Source of the DNA: a virus
Length of the DNA stretch: 64,000 bases
Reading direction: 5' to 3' (one strand)
Virus record (IMG/VR): IMGVR_UViG_3300022746_000019
Location: 1 to 64,000 of that record
Part shown: piece after piece, positions 44,443-54,174 of the stretch
How the letters are laid out: each line of letters opens with the position of its first letter
How positions within the stretch are numbered: position 1 is the first letter of the stretch
Position numbers and translations under genes: made by a program
The notes under the pieces: model-generated
What the model was told of the DNA's origin: nothing
The model's input: the letters and a program-made list of their open reading frames with translations, nothing else
The model's database searches: none

Positions 44443-45117
44443 TTAGGAAAGGGCTTCCGCCACATCCAACAATTCCGCAACAGTGTGGGTCTTGATGGAG
44501 TCAGAGGTGAAGGGCTCAAACTCAGCGAGCTGGGCTTCAACTTCTTCGGGATTGAGTCCCCAATCTTCGCCAAGATCACGAGACTTGACAGAAAGGAGAG
44601 TGTACTGAGTCGACTGCATCTTTCCGGTGCGATTAATCGACCAGAAGTTCTTGTTGAGCGGTCCCTGGGGGGAGAACTCGGCGGCATGCAGGGTCTTGTA
44701 CAAGCGAGGGCTTGCAATGAGCATCTGGCGCTGCGGGGTTCCGTCGACAAACACAACAACGCTGAATGCGGTCTTGCGTTCGGGGCGATCCTGCAACTTG
44801 ACGCAGAGAGGGCAGTTTGGACCAGTGCAGACGTATGAACGACGGCCTTCGGTCTTCTGCTTCAGGAAGTGCTGCGAGTAAGTGGCAAACGGTCCACTCT
44901 TATCAATGAACTTGAGCAGCTGGTACTGCTCGCTGTGCTTGAACTCGATAGGGAAATCGCCACCCGTAGGGGCGTTCTGTGCATCTGCATCGGCCCAGCC
45001 GGAGCCGACGCCAGTGCTTGCTGATGGTGCCGAGGCAGCGGCGGGCCGCTCGTCGACATTAAATGCGTCCTCTTCAGTGAGGTACTTTTCAGTTCGGGCT
45101 ACGCCCATTGTTATCAT
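44443..45117 (-). CDS. single-stranded DNA-binding protein (gp32-like)
   Basis: QHF...YVC..NCPLC, RTG..STQY; adjacent to the polymerase. Confidence 0.65.
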   Translation of the reverse strand: MITMGVARTEKYLTEEDAFNVDERPAAASAPSASTGVGSGWADADAQNAPTGGDFPIEFKHSEQYQLLKFIDKSGPFATYSQHFLKQKTEGRRSYVCTGPNCPLCVKLQDRPERKTAFSVVVFVDGTPQRQMLIASPRLYKTLHAAEFSPQGPLNKNFWSINRTGKMQSTQYTLLSVKSRDLGEDWGLNPEEVEAQLAEFEPFTSDSIKTHTVAELLDVAEALS

Positions 45118-45590
45118 TCCTTAGTTGCATTGTTTGCAGTTTCATTTGCGAGGATTTTGGTCCACGCCTCGCCAATGTCAGTGGTGACTTGGCGGTTCGA
45201 TACCCAGTCTACACGAGACACTGACAGAATGCCAGCGCGGTCAAAGATGTCCACGACAGCGTCAATCATTGGCTTGGTGTAGAGCCGCCTTCCGGCGACC
45301 TCCTTGCCGTGCGAGCCTACCACAGAGGGCATTCGGTACGGGGAATTCGGAAGGCGACCTTCCTTCATCCAGAGCCGGACTGTTGGAAGAGGTCTACCGA
45401 TGGCAGCGGCTAGCGTGCCTAAGGTATACATTTCAACATCTTTGCCATTAGGCAAAGTCTTTTTGTATGAGCGGGCTTCCCACTTGGGTTCAACCTTTTG
45501 CTTAGCCAAGTATTCTTGACGAGCCTTAGGGCGAACTCCGGGGTAGATGTCATCCAACCCCGAAAAAGTCTGCTCAATGAAATCGGACAT
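45114..45590 (-). CDS. MerR-like HTH DNA-binding protein
   Basis: YTLGTLAAAIGR..TVRLW..GRLP...RLYT. Confidence 0.7.
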   Translation of the reverse strand: MSDFIEQTFSGLDDIYPGVRPKARQEYLAKQKVEPKWEARSYKKTLPNGKDVEMYTLGTLAAAIGRPLPTVRLWMKEGRLPNSPYRMPSVVGSHGKEVAGRRLYTKPMIDAVVDIFDRAGILSVSRVDWVSNRQVTTDIGEAWTKILANETANNATKE

Positions 45591-45991
45591 TAAAGTGACT
45601 GCACCTGTGAGGTGTACTGGGGGCAGTAGGCCGCCACAGAAACGCCGATGATGTACCCGACTGCTTCCTGCGAAGCAGAAGTTGTGAAGTTGCCGCTGTT
45701 TGCAAGTGCAGCAATGAGATCATAGACGGTGACGCCCTGATCGAGTGCATCGCAAACCTGATGACCAATCTGAATCAAAAGGGTGTCGCTGCTTGAGTCA
45801 ATGTACTGGTTGCCAAGATCATGAAGAGTGGCAAGGTACACGCCGTCAATTCCGGTGTCGGTGTTGGACGAACCGGATGTATCAGACTGAGTTTCAGTTA
45901 CGGTGACTGTCGGCTGTGCGGTGTTTGAGCTTCCGCAGGCCGTCAGGGCAAACGCTGCTACGAGCGCGAGTGCTAGTGCTTTGAGTTTCAT
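45590..45991 (-). CDS. lipoprotein, DUF732-like
   Basis: lipobox LTAC; GHQVCDALDQG...AAYCP. Confidence 0.8.
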   Translation of the reverse strand: MKLKALALALVAAFALTACGSSNTAQPTVTVTETQSDTSGSSNTDTGIDGVYLATLHDLGNQYIDSSSDTLLIQIGHQVCDALDQGVTVYDLIAALANSGNFTTSASQEAVGYIIGVSVAAYCPQYTSQVQSL

Positions 45992-46002
45992 ATCTTCTCC
46001 CG

Positions 46003-46410
46003 TTAAATAATGAAGGCGTAGGAAACCTTCGACGGAAACATAGCATCGATGTCATCTTCCGTCAATTCGCCCTTATAGAACGCCGCCATAATGGCTTCTT
46101 CGTTGAGTGTGGGGATGAATTCGAGGCAGTCCTCGATGATGTCCTTGTCAGTAAGGATTTTTTCGGCAGTCTCCATATCCAGAGACTTCGATACGCGGCG
46201 CTGATTAGTCAGGGCCTTGACGCCGCTTACCGGATCGTCAATTTCAAGGACTTGATGGCCGCGGCCGTCAACTTCGCCGAGTTCTGTAACGGCCTTCTGA
46301 AGTGCTTTCTTCAGCTCATTCTGCCTAGCAGTTAGCAAAGTCATCTGTTCTTTGATTGCAACATACTGGCGAATGTCATCGACCAGTGCGTCGGAATTTG
46401 CCTTTTCCAT
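46003..46410 (-). CDS. hypothetical protein
   Basis: AAGGGG RBS, N-terminal coiled coil. Confidence 0.7.
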   Translation of the reverse strand: MEKANSDALVDDIRQYVAIKEQMTLLTARQNELKKALQKAVTELGEVDGRGHQVLEIDDPVSGVKALTNQRRVSKSLDMETAEKILTDKDIIEDCLEFIPTLNEEAIMAAFYKGELTEDDIDAMFPSKVSYAFII

Positions 46411-46448
46411 GGCACCCCTTTCCTTGGGTGCCCAAAGGCTATAGCCGA

Positions 46449-46607
46449 CTATTCGGCTTTGTCAACCTGGCTGATGTAGTCTTCCAACGCCTTGATAATT
46501 ACGCTGGTAACGGTGACGCCTTCAATGGCCGCCTTGTTCTGTACGGCAAGCCACAAATCGTCAGAAACGCGCAGCGTGCGCGTGGGCGTTTTGGGTGCAT
46601 TAGGCAT
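46449..46607 (-). CDS. ribbon-helix-helix DNA-binding protein
   Basis: TPTRTLRVSDDLW...AA.EG.TVTSVI. Confidence 0.75.
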   Translation of the reverse strand: MPNAPKTPTRTLRVSDDLWLAVQNKAAIEGVTVTSVIIKALEDYISQVDKAE

Positions 46608-46626
46608 AGGTGTAATTATACTTACT

Positions 46627-46803
46627 TTAGCGGGAGTCTGTGGAGTAAAACCCGCCACCCTTAAATGCCACAGGCGTGGGCTCCCAGAGCCTTTGCGTCA
46701 GGAGCCCACACGCAGGGCAGATTGGGACCTCCTCGTTGTCATGGATAGACCGGGTAACCTCTAACACCTCGGAACAACCGAGGCACTTGTACACGTATCT
46801 CAT
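46627..46803 (-). CDS. FmdB-family Zn-ribbon protein (58 aa, not in ORF track)
   Basis: hand translation MRYVYKCLGC...CPACG...FKGGGFYSTD. Confidence 0.8.
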   Translation of the reverse strand: MRYVYKCLGCSEVLEVTRSIHDNEEVPICPACGLLTQRLWEPTPVAFKGGGFYSTDSR

Positions 46804-48386
46804 ACAGACGATCCTAAGAGAAATTTCCTGAGGCTACCAATTGTCATATCCAGACCGCCCTTGTCGTCAATGCCTTCGCCGTCAAGGACTGCGTCTGCTA
46901 CGGCAGTCTTATGCTGGAGGGATTCCCACTGCCTTTCTTCAATGGAGCCTCGGATTAGGATGTCCTGAACAACGATTGTCTCCCAGGTGGAAGACGCCCG
47001 TTTAATGCGTCCATTTCGTTGAGTGGCTTGCCCAGCCGACCATGGCAAATCATAATTGATTAGTAGGTTGGCTGCTGGGAGATCGACGCCGTAACCACCG
47101 GCATCCGAAGATATGAGAACTCGGATATCGGGAGTCTCGTTAAACGCAATTTTGTTTTCTTCTTTTGTCTTTGCGTCTAGTTTTCCTGAATATACGCGAC
47201 AGCGTTCTTCACCCAAAAGGCTGGCAATCTTTGTTCCCATGTCAACATAGGAAGCAAAGATCACAACCTTGTTTCTTTCGTCTTCATCCAAAAAGTCTTT
47301 GACGTACTGAACAAGCACATCTAATTTGGGAGTCGCCTTGATGTCGTCAAGTAGACCTTCTGTCTGAAGGTCATAAGCATACGACGAACCCTCGCCATTC
47401 ATCTCGGTATACTTCTTAGCAGATGTCCTAAGAAGTTGTGGATCTGAGCAAAGCATGCGAAGGCAACTGATTTTTGCCATGATTTTTCCGCGAGCTTCTG
47501 CTTCAGGGCCGCTGTTGGCACTATCAATGCCATAATGCGCAAAAATATTGAAGTTACCGCCAAACAACGCCTGAGCCTCTTCAAGTTCAAAAATCAAGTC
47601 GGAAATGATGCGTTTGTACAGACCGGCGGTTTTTCTATCAAGAGGCACTAGCATCGGGTCATTGTGAATCGCGTCAGGCAAATACGGAGCTACATCTGGG
47701 TCTTTCTGAGCCTTTCTTACACAGGCTTCTTTTAGCTTCTCGTGCAAAACGGGAAGATTGCAGTAACGCTCAACCCCGCCAAATCCGTTTCTTACAATGA
47801 ATGCCTTGTCAAAGATGTCAAACCGGCCCAATACGCCGTTGTCTACGAACTGCATAATTGAAAAGAGTTCTTCGGGCTTGCCGTTCTCAATGGGTGTGCC
47901 AGTAAGCGCAAACTTAAAGGGCGCGTTTGCCAACTTTTTCACAGCGCGTGAACGCTTGGCTCTAAAACTCTTAATGGCGGTGGCTTCGTCAATAACCACA
48001 AAACCTCGGGGAAGCTTCTTTACTTGATCCCAGTCGTTGACCACTTGCTCGTAGTTCATGATGATGTAGTCAACCCCAGAAGATTCCCAATCCATGGCGG
48101 TCTCGTATTGAGAGGCTCGTTGCTTAGGGGTGCCGTCAATGACTAGTGGAGTGGATGTGCCGTTAGTGAATTTTGTAATCTGGTTTGCCCATTGGTACTT
48201 CAAAGACGAAAGGCAAATCACAAGACCGGGTTCTTGAATCTTGTTTGAATCCATCAACCGCTCAACTGCGGCAATGGTTAGGACAGTCTTTCCAAGACCC
48301 ATATCGTAGGCAACCAGCATCTTTTGCCGGTTACACATTTTGTCTACAGCCTCAGGCTGGTAGGGGAGAAGGGTTCCCGTAAACAT
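46800..48386 (-). CDS. SNF2-family helicase
   Basis: DMGLGKT, DEAT, LTGTPIEN, GYGVDL, QRNGR. Confidence 0.9.
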   Translation of the reverse strand: MFTGTLLPYQPEAVDKMCNRQKMLVAYDMGLGKTVLTIAAVERLMDSNKIQEPGLVICLSSLKYQWANQITKFTNGTSTPLVIDGTPKQRASQYETAMDWESSGVDYIIMNYEQVVNDWDQVKKLPRGFVVIDEATAIKSFRAKRSRAVKKLANAPFKFALTGTPIENGKPEELFSIMQFVDNGVLGRFDIFDKAFIVRNGFGGVERYCNLPVLHEKLKEACVRKAQKDPDVAPYLPDAIHNDPMLVPLDRKTAGLYKRIISDLIFELEEAQALFGGNFNIFAHYGIDSANSGPEAEARGKIMAKISCLRMLCSDPQLLRTSAKKYTEMNGEGSSYAYDLQTEGLLDDIKATPKLDVLVQYVKDFLDEDERNKVVIFASYVDMGTKIASLLGEERCRVYSGKLDAKTKEENKIAFNETPDIRVLISSDAGGYGVDLPAANLLINYDLPWSAGQATQRNGRIKRASSTWETIVVQDILIRGSIEERQWESLQHKTAVADAVLDGEGIDDKGGLDMTIGSLRKFLLGSSV

Positions 48387-48912
48387 CGTACCAATCCATC
48401 GTAGAAACTACCATTGCTTCAAGTTCGTCTTTGCCAAAGTTATTTCGAAGAATATTGTCAAACTTCCAACCGGTCATATTTGATTCTGAAATGTGTTCAT
48501 TGACTGGGCCAACGCCTTTTCGATCAATGCGCCAGACAGTGCCGCCCAATCTTATGATTGCGGCGGCCTCTTCTCGAAACCGCACATCGGAAAAAACCAC
48601 TCGTTCTTCTGGGTTGAGCGACTCTGTGGCTAACTTTACCCATACATCTTTACCGAACTGCTCCTTGGCAAACTCTGTGCCAAACACCTGCAACAAACGG
48701 CGTACTTCTGGATTTCCTTTTGCAACTTGCCAGCCGTACTCGTCAACAACATCCTGTAGCCGAACCGCTGTGTCAATCATTGGGTTGATAGCGTACAAGC
48801 CTTTACGAATGGGATCAGCAAACGCCCTTTTGTCGTACCCGTATCTGGCCACCAAAATGTCAGCAACGGTGTCTTTTCCGGCTCCCGCGTAACCTGATAA
48901 TCCGATAATCAA
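48352..48912 (-). CDS. deoxynucleoside monophosphate kinase
   Basis: GYAGAGKDT, FADP, RRLLQVFGTE, DVRF, HISE. Confidence 0.88.
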   Translation of the reverse strand: MIIGLSGYAGAGKDTVADILVARYGYDKRAFADPIRKGLYAINPMIDTAVRLQDVVDEYGWQVAKGNPEVRRLLQVFGTEFAKEQFGKDVWVKLATESLNPEERVVFSDVRFREEAAAIIRLGGTVWRIDRKGVGPVNEHISESNMTGWKFDNILRNNFGKDELEAMVVSTMDWYDVYGNPSPLPA

Positions 48913-49835
48913 GTTAGGGCCCTTTCTCCTCTTAGTGAATGCCGTGCGTTATCAATGCCAAAAACTATCTCATTTTTGCTCATACCGCCAACATCCTTGC
49001 AGTCAATCCCAGAATAATTGAAAAACACGCACTCAAACCCGTACTTAATGGAAAAATTAAGCAGAGCCTTGGACGACTCAACCCCGGCCTCATCGTGGTC
49101 CATAGCGACAACCAGACGGTCAGCTCCCCGCAGTAGGTTTACCTGCGCCTTGGAAACCAGTGCCCCATAGGTGGCTACCCCTCCGCTAATGCCCACGGAG
49201 GCAAGCCGTACGGCGTCTAGGGGGGATTCAACAACAATCATGTCTCCGCCAGAGTACAGGTCATACCCAAACAGGGTGTTGCTCTTCTGTACGCCCTTTG
49301 GGTAGTTCTTAAAGTACCGGCCGCTTACTCCCTTTTCTTGCCACCCGAGCAGTGTGGAGGTGAGTGGGTCGCGAATGGGCAAAATCCAAGCGTCTTTGCG
49401 GGAGTCGTACTTAACGCCGTAGTCCTCCGCCGCGTCCATGGTCAAGCCTCTTCCACGCAACATATCCTGCGTGGGGGTAGTGAACGCTGCCAACATTGAC
49501 TCTGTGATAGTGGTGACTTCTTCATAGGTGGGCTTATGCGCTACGGCGCGTTCCAACCGGCGGCTAAGGCCGTCAGCAGAAGTGAGCCACTCAGCTGCAT
49601 CCTCATACGTAACACCCTGGGTGTAAGAAATAAGGGTTTGCAAACCGCCCTTAAACTGGCAGGAGAAACAGATGAAGGCGCCTGTGTCGGAATTAACCCA
49701 CATAGACGGATTGTGATCGATATGGCCTGTCCGCTCTAAGTGAGCGGGGCAGGATGTCTGCACCTCATACCCCCTAGTTGACACGACGTCTAAGCCGAGC
49801 CGAACAAGGAGGTCCTCCATCTGGTCTACTGTCAT
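48909..49835 (-). CDS. DNA primase
   Basis: CPAH...CFSC Zn domain; TOPRIM VESPLD, DHDEAG, KDVG. Confidence 0.88.
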   Translation of the reverse strand: MTVDQMEDLLVRLGLDVVSTRGYEVQTSCPAHLERTGHIDHNPSMWVNSDTGAFICFSCQFKGGLQTLISYTQGVTYEDAAEWLTSADGLSRRLERAVAHKPTYEEVTTITESMLAAFTTPTQDMLRGRGLTMDAAEDYGVKYDSRKDAWILPIRDPLTSTLLGWQEKGVSGRYFKNYPKGVQKSNTLFGYDLYSGGDMIVVESPLDAVRLASVGISGGVATYGALVSKAQVNLLRGADRLVVAMDHDEAGVESSKALLNFSIKYGFECVFFNYSGIDCKDVGGMSKNEIVFGIDNARHSLRGERALT

Positions 49836-50011
49836 TGGTAGGTATCTTTGAGAATTTGAAGTTCGTATTCAAGCGATCTGATAGGCGCCAAATGAAGACC
49901 AACCAATGTGTAGTTATCCACCATTTTTACAACCGCGTTGAGACACTCATTGAACCCAGCCTTGAAAACCTCTTTGTCCTCCGGGCTAAGGGCGTCGTAT
50001 TTTTCAGACAT
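49832..50011 (-). CDS. hypothetical protein (59 aa)
   Basis: hand translation MSEKYDAL...; coupled on both sides. Confidence 0.55.
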   Translation of the reverse strand: MSEKYDALSPEDKEVFKAGFNECLNAVVKMVDNYTLVGLHLAPIRSLEYELQILKDTYQ

Positions 50012-51368
50012 TGCTATCCACTGCTACCAATCTAGAGATAATCCACGATACTACTGGAACTGCGACTGCATTGCCCATTTGCTTGTACCGGGCGCTGTCT
50101 GGCTGTCCTTTGACCTCTTGCTTCTTGTAGTCGAAGCGCTCGGCCGTCCATCCGTCAGGGAAACCCTGAAGCCGTTCGCATTCGGTCGGTGTTAAGCGTC
50201 GAACAACCGAAGTCAAAGCGCCAGTAGATTGTCGAGTTCCAGCCCTGAGCGTGTGGTGCAGCTCTTCGTTAAGTTGGTCGTTGAACTCGTCGTACCCATA
50301 AGCAAGAACCGTGGCGCGGGTGTCTCCGCCGTTGTCAAACACATTCAATGTGGGGCTGACATCGTCTTCGCGCCATGTTTCGGCGTCTTCAGACGAGCGA
50401 GCGCGACCAGCCTTGACAAAGGTGGCTGGTGGAAACAAGACCTGGTCATTGCCAGTGGAAATGGTCAAAGACTTTTCCACGCTCAGCAGCGGACCTTTAC
50501 CGCCTCCGGCTTTGCCTTCTCGCTGACGCATAAGAACTGCGTCTGAGTCGTTAACAACGAGGTCTGTTGCATCCTTATGATCGCGAGCTTTGAGAGCGCT
50601 GGCGGTACTGTCCTCTTCATAGTCACCAAACCCACGCATACGGTAAGTGAGGGTGTCTCTGGCGCGAGCAGCGCTGAGAGTGGGTGCTACTTCTGAATCT
50701 GGGAAGTCGTATAGTTCGAAGTTTCCCGCTCTACTACCGCCTCCAGCGCCTGCTGAAGTCGCGGTGGAAGTGTTTTGCCGCGACGGTTGGCCCGCAAAAG
50801 GATTCCCGCCGCTGCCTTCGGCGATAGCCAGTACTTGCGCAGGTAATCTTCCGTCGTCTCCAAGACATCCGACAATGAAGACACGACGGCGTCGCTGGGG
50901 GACTCCGAAATGTTGAGCGTCCAGCACCCTCCAGGAGATGCCGTACCCGCGCTCAACCAGCGCCCCGATGACGACTCCCATGTCCCGTCCTGATTTAGAT
51001 GACAAGAGACCAGGGACGTTTTCGAGTACGACCCACTTCGGCTTTGTTTCGTCGAGGAGACGGCAGATTTCCCAAAAGAGACCGCTGCGTCCGCCATCCA
51101 ATCCGGCACGTTTTCCTGCAACAGAGAGGTCTTGGCAAGGGAAACCCCCGACGATGACTCCTCTGTCTGGAACAAATCCGGCTCCGATAAGTTGTTCACC
51201 TGTTACATCCTTTACATCTTCAAACAAAGTGGTTTCTGGGAAGCGGTGCTTGAGTACTCCTCGTGCCGCTGGGTCAATCTCTACCGCCGCTGCAACCTTT
51301 GCACCGTTGGCAGTTAACGCAATGTCAAATCCGCCAACTCCGGCGAACAGTGAAACTGCTGTAAGCAT
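50004..51368 (-). CDS. DNA cytosine-5 methyltransferase
   Basis: FAGVGG, PCQ, ENV, QRRRR, RRLTP.ECERLQGFP, GNAV. Confidence 0.92.
   Translation of the reverse strand: MLTAVSLFAGVGGFDIALTANGAKVAAAVEIDPAARGVLKHRFPETTLFEDVKDVTGEQLIGAGFVPDRGVIVGGFPCQDLSVAGKRAGLDGGRSGLFWEICRLLDETKPKWVVLENVPGLLSSKSGRDMGVVIGALVERGYGISWRVLDAQHFGVPQRRRRVFIVGCLGDDGRLPAQVLAIAEGSGGNPFAGQPSRQNTSTATSAGAGGGSRAGNFELYDFPDSEVAPTLSAARARDTLTYRMRGFGDYEEDSTASALKARDHKDATDLVVNDSDAVLMRQREGKAGGGKGPLLSVEKSLTISTGNDQVLFPPATFVKAGRARSSEDAETWREDDVSPTLNVFDNGGDTRATVLAYGYDEFNDQLNEELHHTLRAGTRQSTGALTSVVRRLTPTECERLQGFPDGWTAERFDYKKQEVKGQPDSARYKQMGNAVAVPVVSWIISRLVAVDSNV
50687..51199 (-). CDS. overprinted alternative-frame MTase partner polypeptide (M.EcoHK31I beta-like)
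   Basis: same-strand nested ORF with SSLSDVLE...KYWLSPKAAAGILLRANRRGKTLPPRL. Confidence 0.65.
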   Translation of the reverse strand: MNNLSEPDLFQTEESSSGVSLAKTSLLQENVPDWMADAAVSFGKSAVSSTKQSRSGSYSKTSLVSCHLNQDGTWESSSGRWLSAGTASPGGCWTLNISESPSDAVVSSLSDVLETTEDYLRKYWLSPKAAAGILLRANRRGKTLPPRLQQALEAVVERETSNYTTSQIQK

Positions 51369-51380
51369 GTGTAACCTTTT

Positions 51381-51563
51381 CTACTTAGCGCAGTGAATGC
51401 AGTGGGGTGGGCAGGAACCTGTCTCGATTCCATCCCGCTTGTTTATTAAAATTTCAAGAAGTGTGTCAAACAGATACAGCTCCCTAAAAGTCAGTTTATT
51501 GAAATCATTGGAATTAACCAAATTGACCATCTTCTTGAACTTCCTAATCCAGCGAGGGGACAT
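51381..51563 (-). CDS. hypothetical protein
   Basis: fills the gap between helicase and MTase. Confidence 0.5.
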   Translation of the reverse strand: MSPRWIRKFKKMVNLVNSNDFNKLTFRELYLFDTLLEILINKRDGIETGSCPPHCIHCAK

Positions 51564-51564
51564 A

Positions 51565-52797
51565 CTACAAGTCCGTCCCATCAATCTCGCGGAACCGGCC
51601 TTCGGCCCACTGCCAATCCAGAGTCGCCTCGGCTGGCCCTGAGTTACGGCTGGCGACAACTCTCAACAGTCGGGTATCGTCAATTTCCTCGTCTTCACGC
51701 TGAAGCCCGAGAATAACGTCTGCGTCCTGGAAGAACGAGGACGAGTAGCCAATGGCATCCGCGGTTACTTTTCCGCCCTTCATCTTCCATGTCAAGACCT
51801 GGGTGGAAATAACTATGGGGAGTTGGTACTTCTGGGCAAGACGCTTGAGTGATCGAGTGATGTTGGTAAGAGCCTGAGGGGTGTTGGCCTCGCCGCTCTG
51901 TTCGTCAATCATCAGGTAGACGCCGTCAATGAACACAATGTCTGGTTGGAGCGTCTGAATCTTGCTGGCAATACCAGATACTGTCTGGCCAGCGGCGGAG
52001 TCCACCAGCCAAAACTTGTGCTCCACATTGTCAAGGTTCTTGAGAATCCTCTGGTAACGGGCCTCTTCTTCTTGAGTCAGAGTTCCGGTTAAGAGCCTGT
52101 GGTGAGAGATTAGGGAGCGCATGGCGTCATATCGGTTGAGCTGCTCATGGTTGCTCATTTCAAAAGACTGAAACATAGGAACCTTTGACTGCTCTCGGTG
52201 AATGTTCAGCGCAACCTGCAACGCCAAGGTTGACTTACCTGTCTTGGGCGGGGCAATGATGACAACAAGCTGTCCGTCCTGCAGTCCGCTGGTCGCAGCG
52301 TCAATTGTCGGAAAACCTGTGGGAAGCCCCCTAAGACCGTTAGGAAGGTTCTTTCGCTCAACATACTCTTCCCAGCGCTTGAGGGGTTCATCCGTAAGAT
52401 CGACGTCATTGGTCTGGGTTAATCCGCCCTCTTCAAGGGATACAAGCCCGCGCTGAAGTACCAGCAGCGCCTTCTCGTGGTCCTTCTGCTTCTCCATGCT
52501 GTCGATTGCGTCGGACAACATCTTGGTTGTAGCAAACCGGCGCTGTGCGTCAAGAACAGAATCAATCAGGTACTCAAGAGAATCTTCGGAAGCTGCAAAC
52601 TCATAAGTCGGATAGTTGGATTTGACCACATCCATGCTTGGGGATTCGCCGTACTTGACAAAATGTTCCCTGACGAATGTCCACATCCGCTGGTCTTCAT
52701 CGTCAGCAAACCAACTGGTGTTTACGCCTCGGCTAAGCAGCGCTGAAACATCTCGATCGTTAATGGCTCTACTTAGGAGCCGGCGCTCATTGTTCAT
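51565..52797 (-). CDS. dnaB: replicative DNA helicase
   Basis: PTGF, APPKTGKS, SFEM, FIDG, QDAD, SRN. Confidence 0.9.
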   Translation of the reverse strand: MNNERRLLSRAINDRDVSALLSRGVNTSWFADDEDQRMWTFVREHFVKYGESPSMDVVKSNYPTYEFAASEDSLEYLIDSVLDAQRRFATTKMLSDAIDSMEKQKDHEKALLVLQRGLVSLEEGGLTQTNDVDLTDEPLKRWEEYVERKNLPNGLRGLPTGFPTIDAATSGLQDGQLVVIIAPPKTGKSTLALQVALNIHREQSKVPMFQSFEMSNHEQLNRYDAMRSLISHHRLLTGTLTQEEEARYQRILKNLDNVEHKFWLVDSAAGQTVSGIASKIQTLQPDIVFIDGVYLMIDEQSGEANTPQALTNITRSLKRLAQKYQLPIVISTQVLTWKMKGGKVTADAIGYSSSFFQDADVILGLQREDEEIDDTRLLRVVASRNSGPAEATLDWQWAEGRFREIDGTDL

Positions 52798-53195
52798 TAA
52801 AAATCCAATCCCCAATGACCGTAGCGAAGAAATCTAGTGGGAATGTCTATCACACCGGCCACCTCTGGGCGAAACGGAAGTTCCGCCACCAAATGCTCGG
52901 AGGACTGGTACACCGAAAAATACCTAAATGGGTTAGTACCCATTTCGTCCATAGCCTCAACTAATTCTTTGAGCGCTTCTTCGTCTAAATCAAAGGATAC
53001 TAATTCAAGACTGACGGAGTTACGATCCGCGTAAAGGTACAGGCGGCTCAAAACTTGTCGGTTGTATACATAAGACTTTTCTGGAACCTTAATGAATTTA
53101 AGAACCTTTTTCACAGTAACCTGCTCGTCTCGGATTACATCAAGAGACACGAGAACGCGTTTGGTCAAACTATTGCTCAAATCATTGTTCTGCAT
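52797..53195 (-). CDS. hypothetical (HAD-like?) protein
   Basis: coupled ORF in the replication operon. Confidence 0.6.
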   Translation of the reverse strand: MQNNDLSNSLTKRVLVSLDVIRDEQVTVKKVLKFIKVPEKSYVYNRQVLSRLYLYADRNSVSLELVSFDLDEEALKELVEAMDEMGTNPFRYFSVYQSSEHLVAELPFRPEVAGVIDIPTRFLRYGHWGLDF

Positions 53196-53494
53196 TAGTA
53201 AACCTCAATACTTCCGTATTTTCGAATAAATTTGTTCATTTCAGGAACCGAAGAAAGTGCTCGCTCAAGCTCTAAGTCTGTGTAATCGCCGACTAGTTCT
53301 AGTGGGTACGCCCCACCAGAAGTTTCTTTAATCTTCTTCTCTACATAGTCAATGTGTTTGCACATCTTTTTAGCCCAATACCCAGGGCAACTGCACACAA
53401 AATCGTCATCATCATCTACGCATACCTCTGCGTATGATGGAACGGGTGAGCTCTTCCCAGATAGGAAAATCTGAAGCAATTTAAGGTTGCTCAC
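53195..53494 (-). CDS. SWIM Zn-finger protein
   Basis: CSCP...CKH. Confidence 0.75.
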   Translation of the reverse strand: MSNLKLLQIFLSGKSSPVPSYAEVCVDDDDDFVCSCPGYWAKKMCKHIDYVEKKIKETSGGAYPLELVGDYTDLELERALSSVPEMNKFIRKYGSIEVY

Positions 53495-54174
53495 TTACGC
53501 AGGTCTCCGCTCGGTGACTGCAGTTCCACAATAACGAACGCTTCGTGCATGAACGAGTCAGTAGCTTCTCCGTAAGTGGTGTTCCACTTTTTAAGGTTAG
53601 TTGTGACAATGGTCGGAAGGCCATTATTGAACCTTGTGCGAAGAATGTGGTGAAGCAGGGAAGACTGCCAGCCAGACCCGGACTGGTGCTCCTTACCGAT
53701 GTCGTCAATAACCAACACTCGGATGTTGTATGTGTCCTCCTTGGACTCCCCCAAAACACCTTCCCAAAGGCGAAGTTTATCTGGGGTGGCGTCGTTCATG
53801 ATTTCCCCGCGAAGTTCGACAAGGCTGGAGTATTGGATGAAATAGCACGGTCGCGCCATGGTGGTCCCGTCGTTGACCGCAAAGTTCTCCATGCTGAAAT
53901 CTCGGATGATGTCCTGCAAAAGTGCGAGGGCCAAAGTAGTCTTGCCGTGACCGGGTGATCCGTACAACATCAAGCCTAGACCGCACGAATTCTTACCTAC
54001 GGCACGGATGATGTTGTTTGACTTTGCTCGGGACAGCCACTTCTTGATAACTTCCATGTCATCCTTAGCAACATCCACGCAGTCTTCCAATTCCCAGCCC
54101 AATCGGCTCTTTGGAATGGCGGCTAATTTCAGCCATGTACGGCGGCGAAGTGGCAGGTCGTCTGCTACAAACAT
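53491..54174 (-). CDS. DnaC/IstB-like helicase loader ATPase
   Basis: GSPGHGKT, VIDDIGKE, PTIVTTN, GDLR. Confidence 0.85.
   Translation of the reverse strand: MFVADDLPLRRRTWLKLAAIPKSRLGWELEDCVDVAKDDMEVIKKWLSRAKSNNIIRAVGKNSCGLGLMLYGSPGHGKTTLALALLQDIIRDFSMENFAVNDGTTMARPCYFIQYSSLVELRGEIMNDATPDKLRLWEGVLGESKEDTYNIRVLVIDDIGKEHQSGSGWQSSLLHHILRTRFNNGLPTIVTTNLKKWNTTYGEATDSFMHEAFVIVELQSPSGDLRK

Noticed and set aside
46627-46803. Hairpin-rich apparent intergenic gap as ncRNA
   Set aside because: It translates to a 58-aa FmdB-type Zn-ribbon protein missed by the ORF track.
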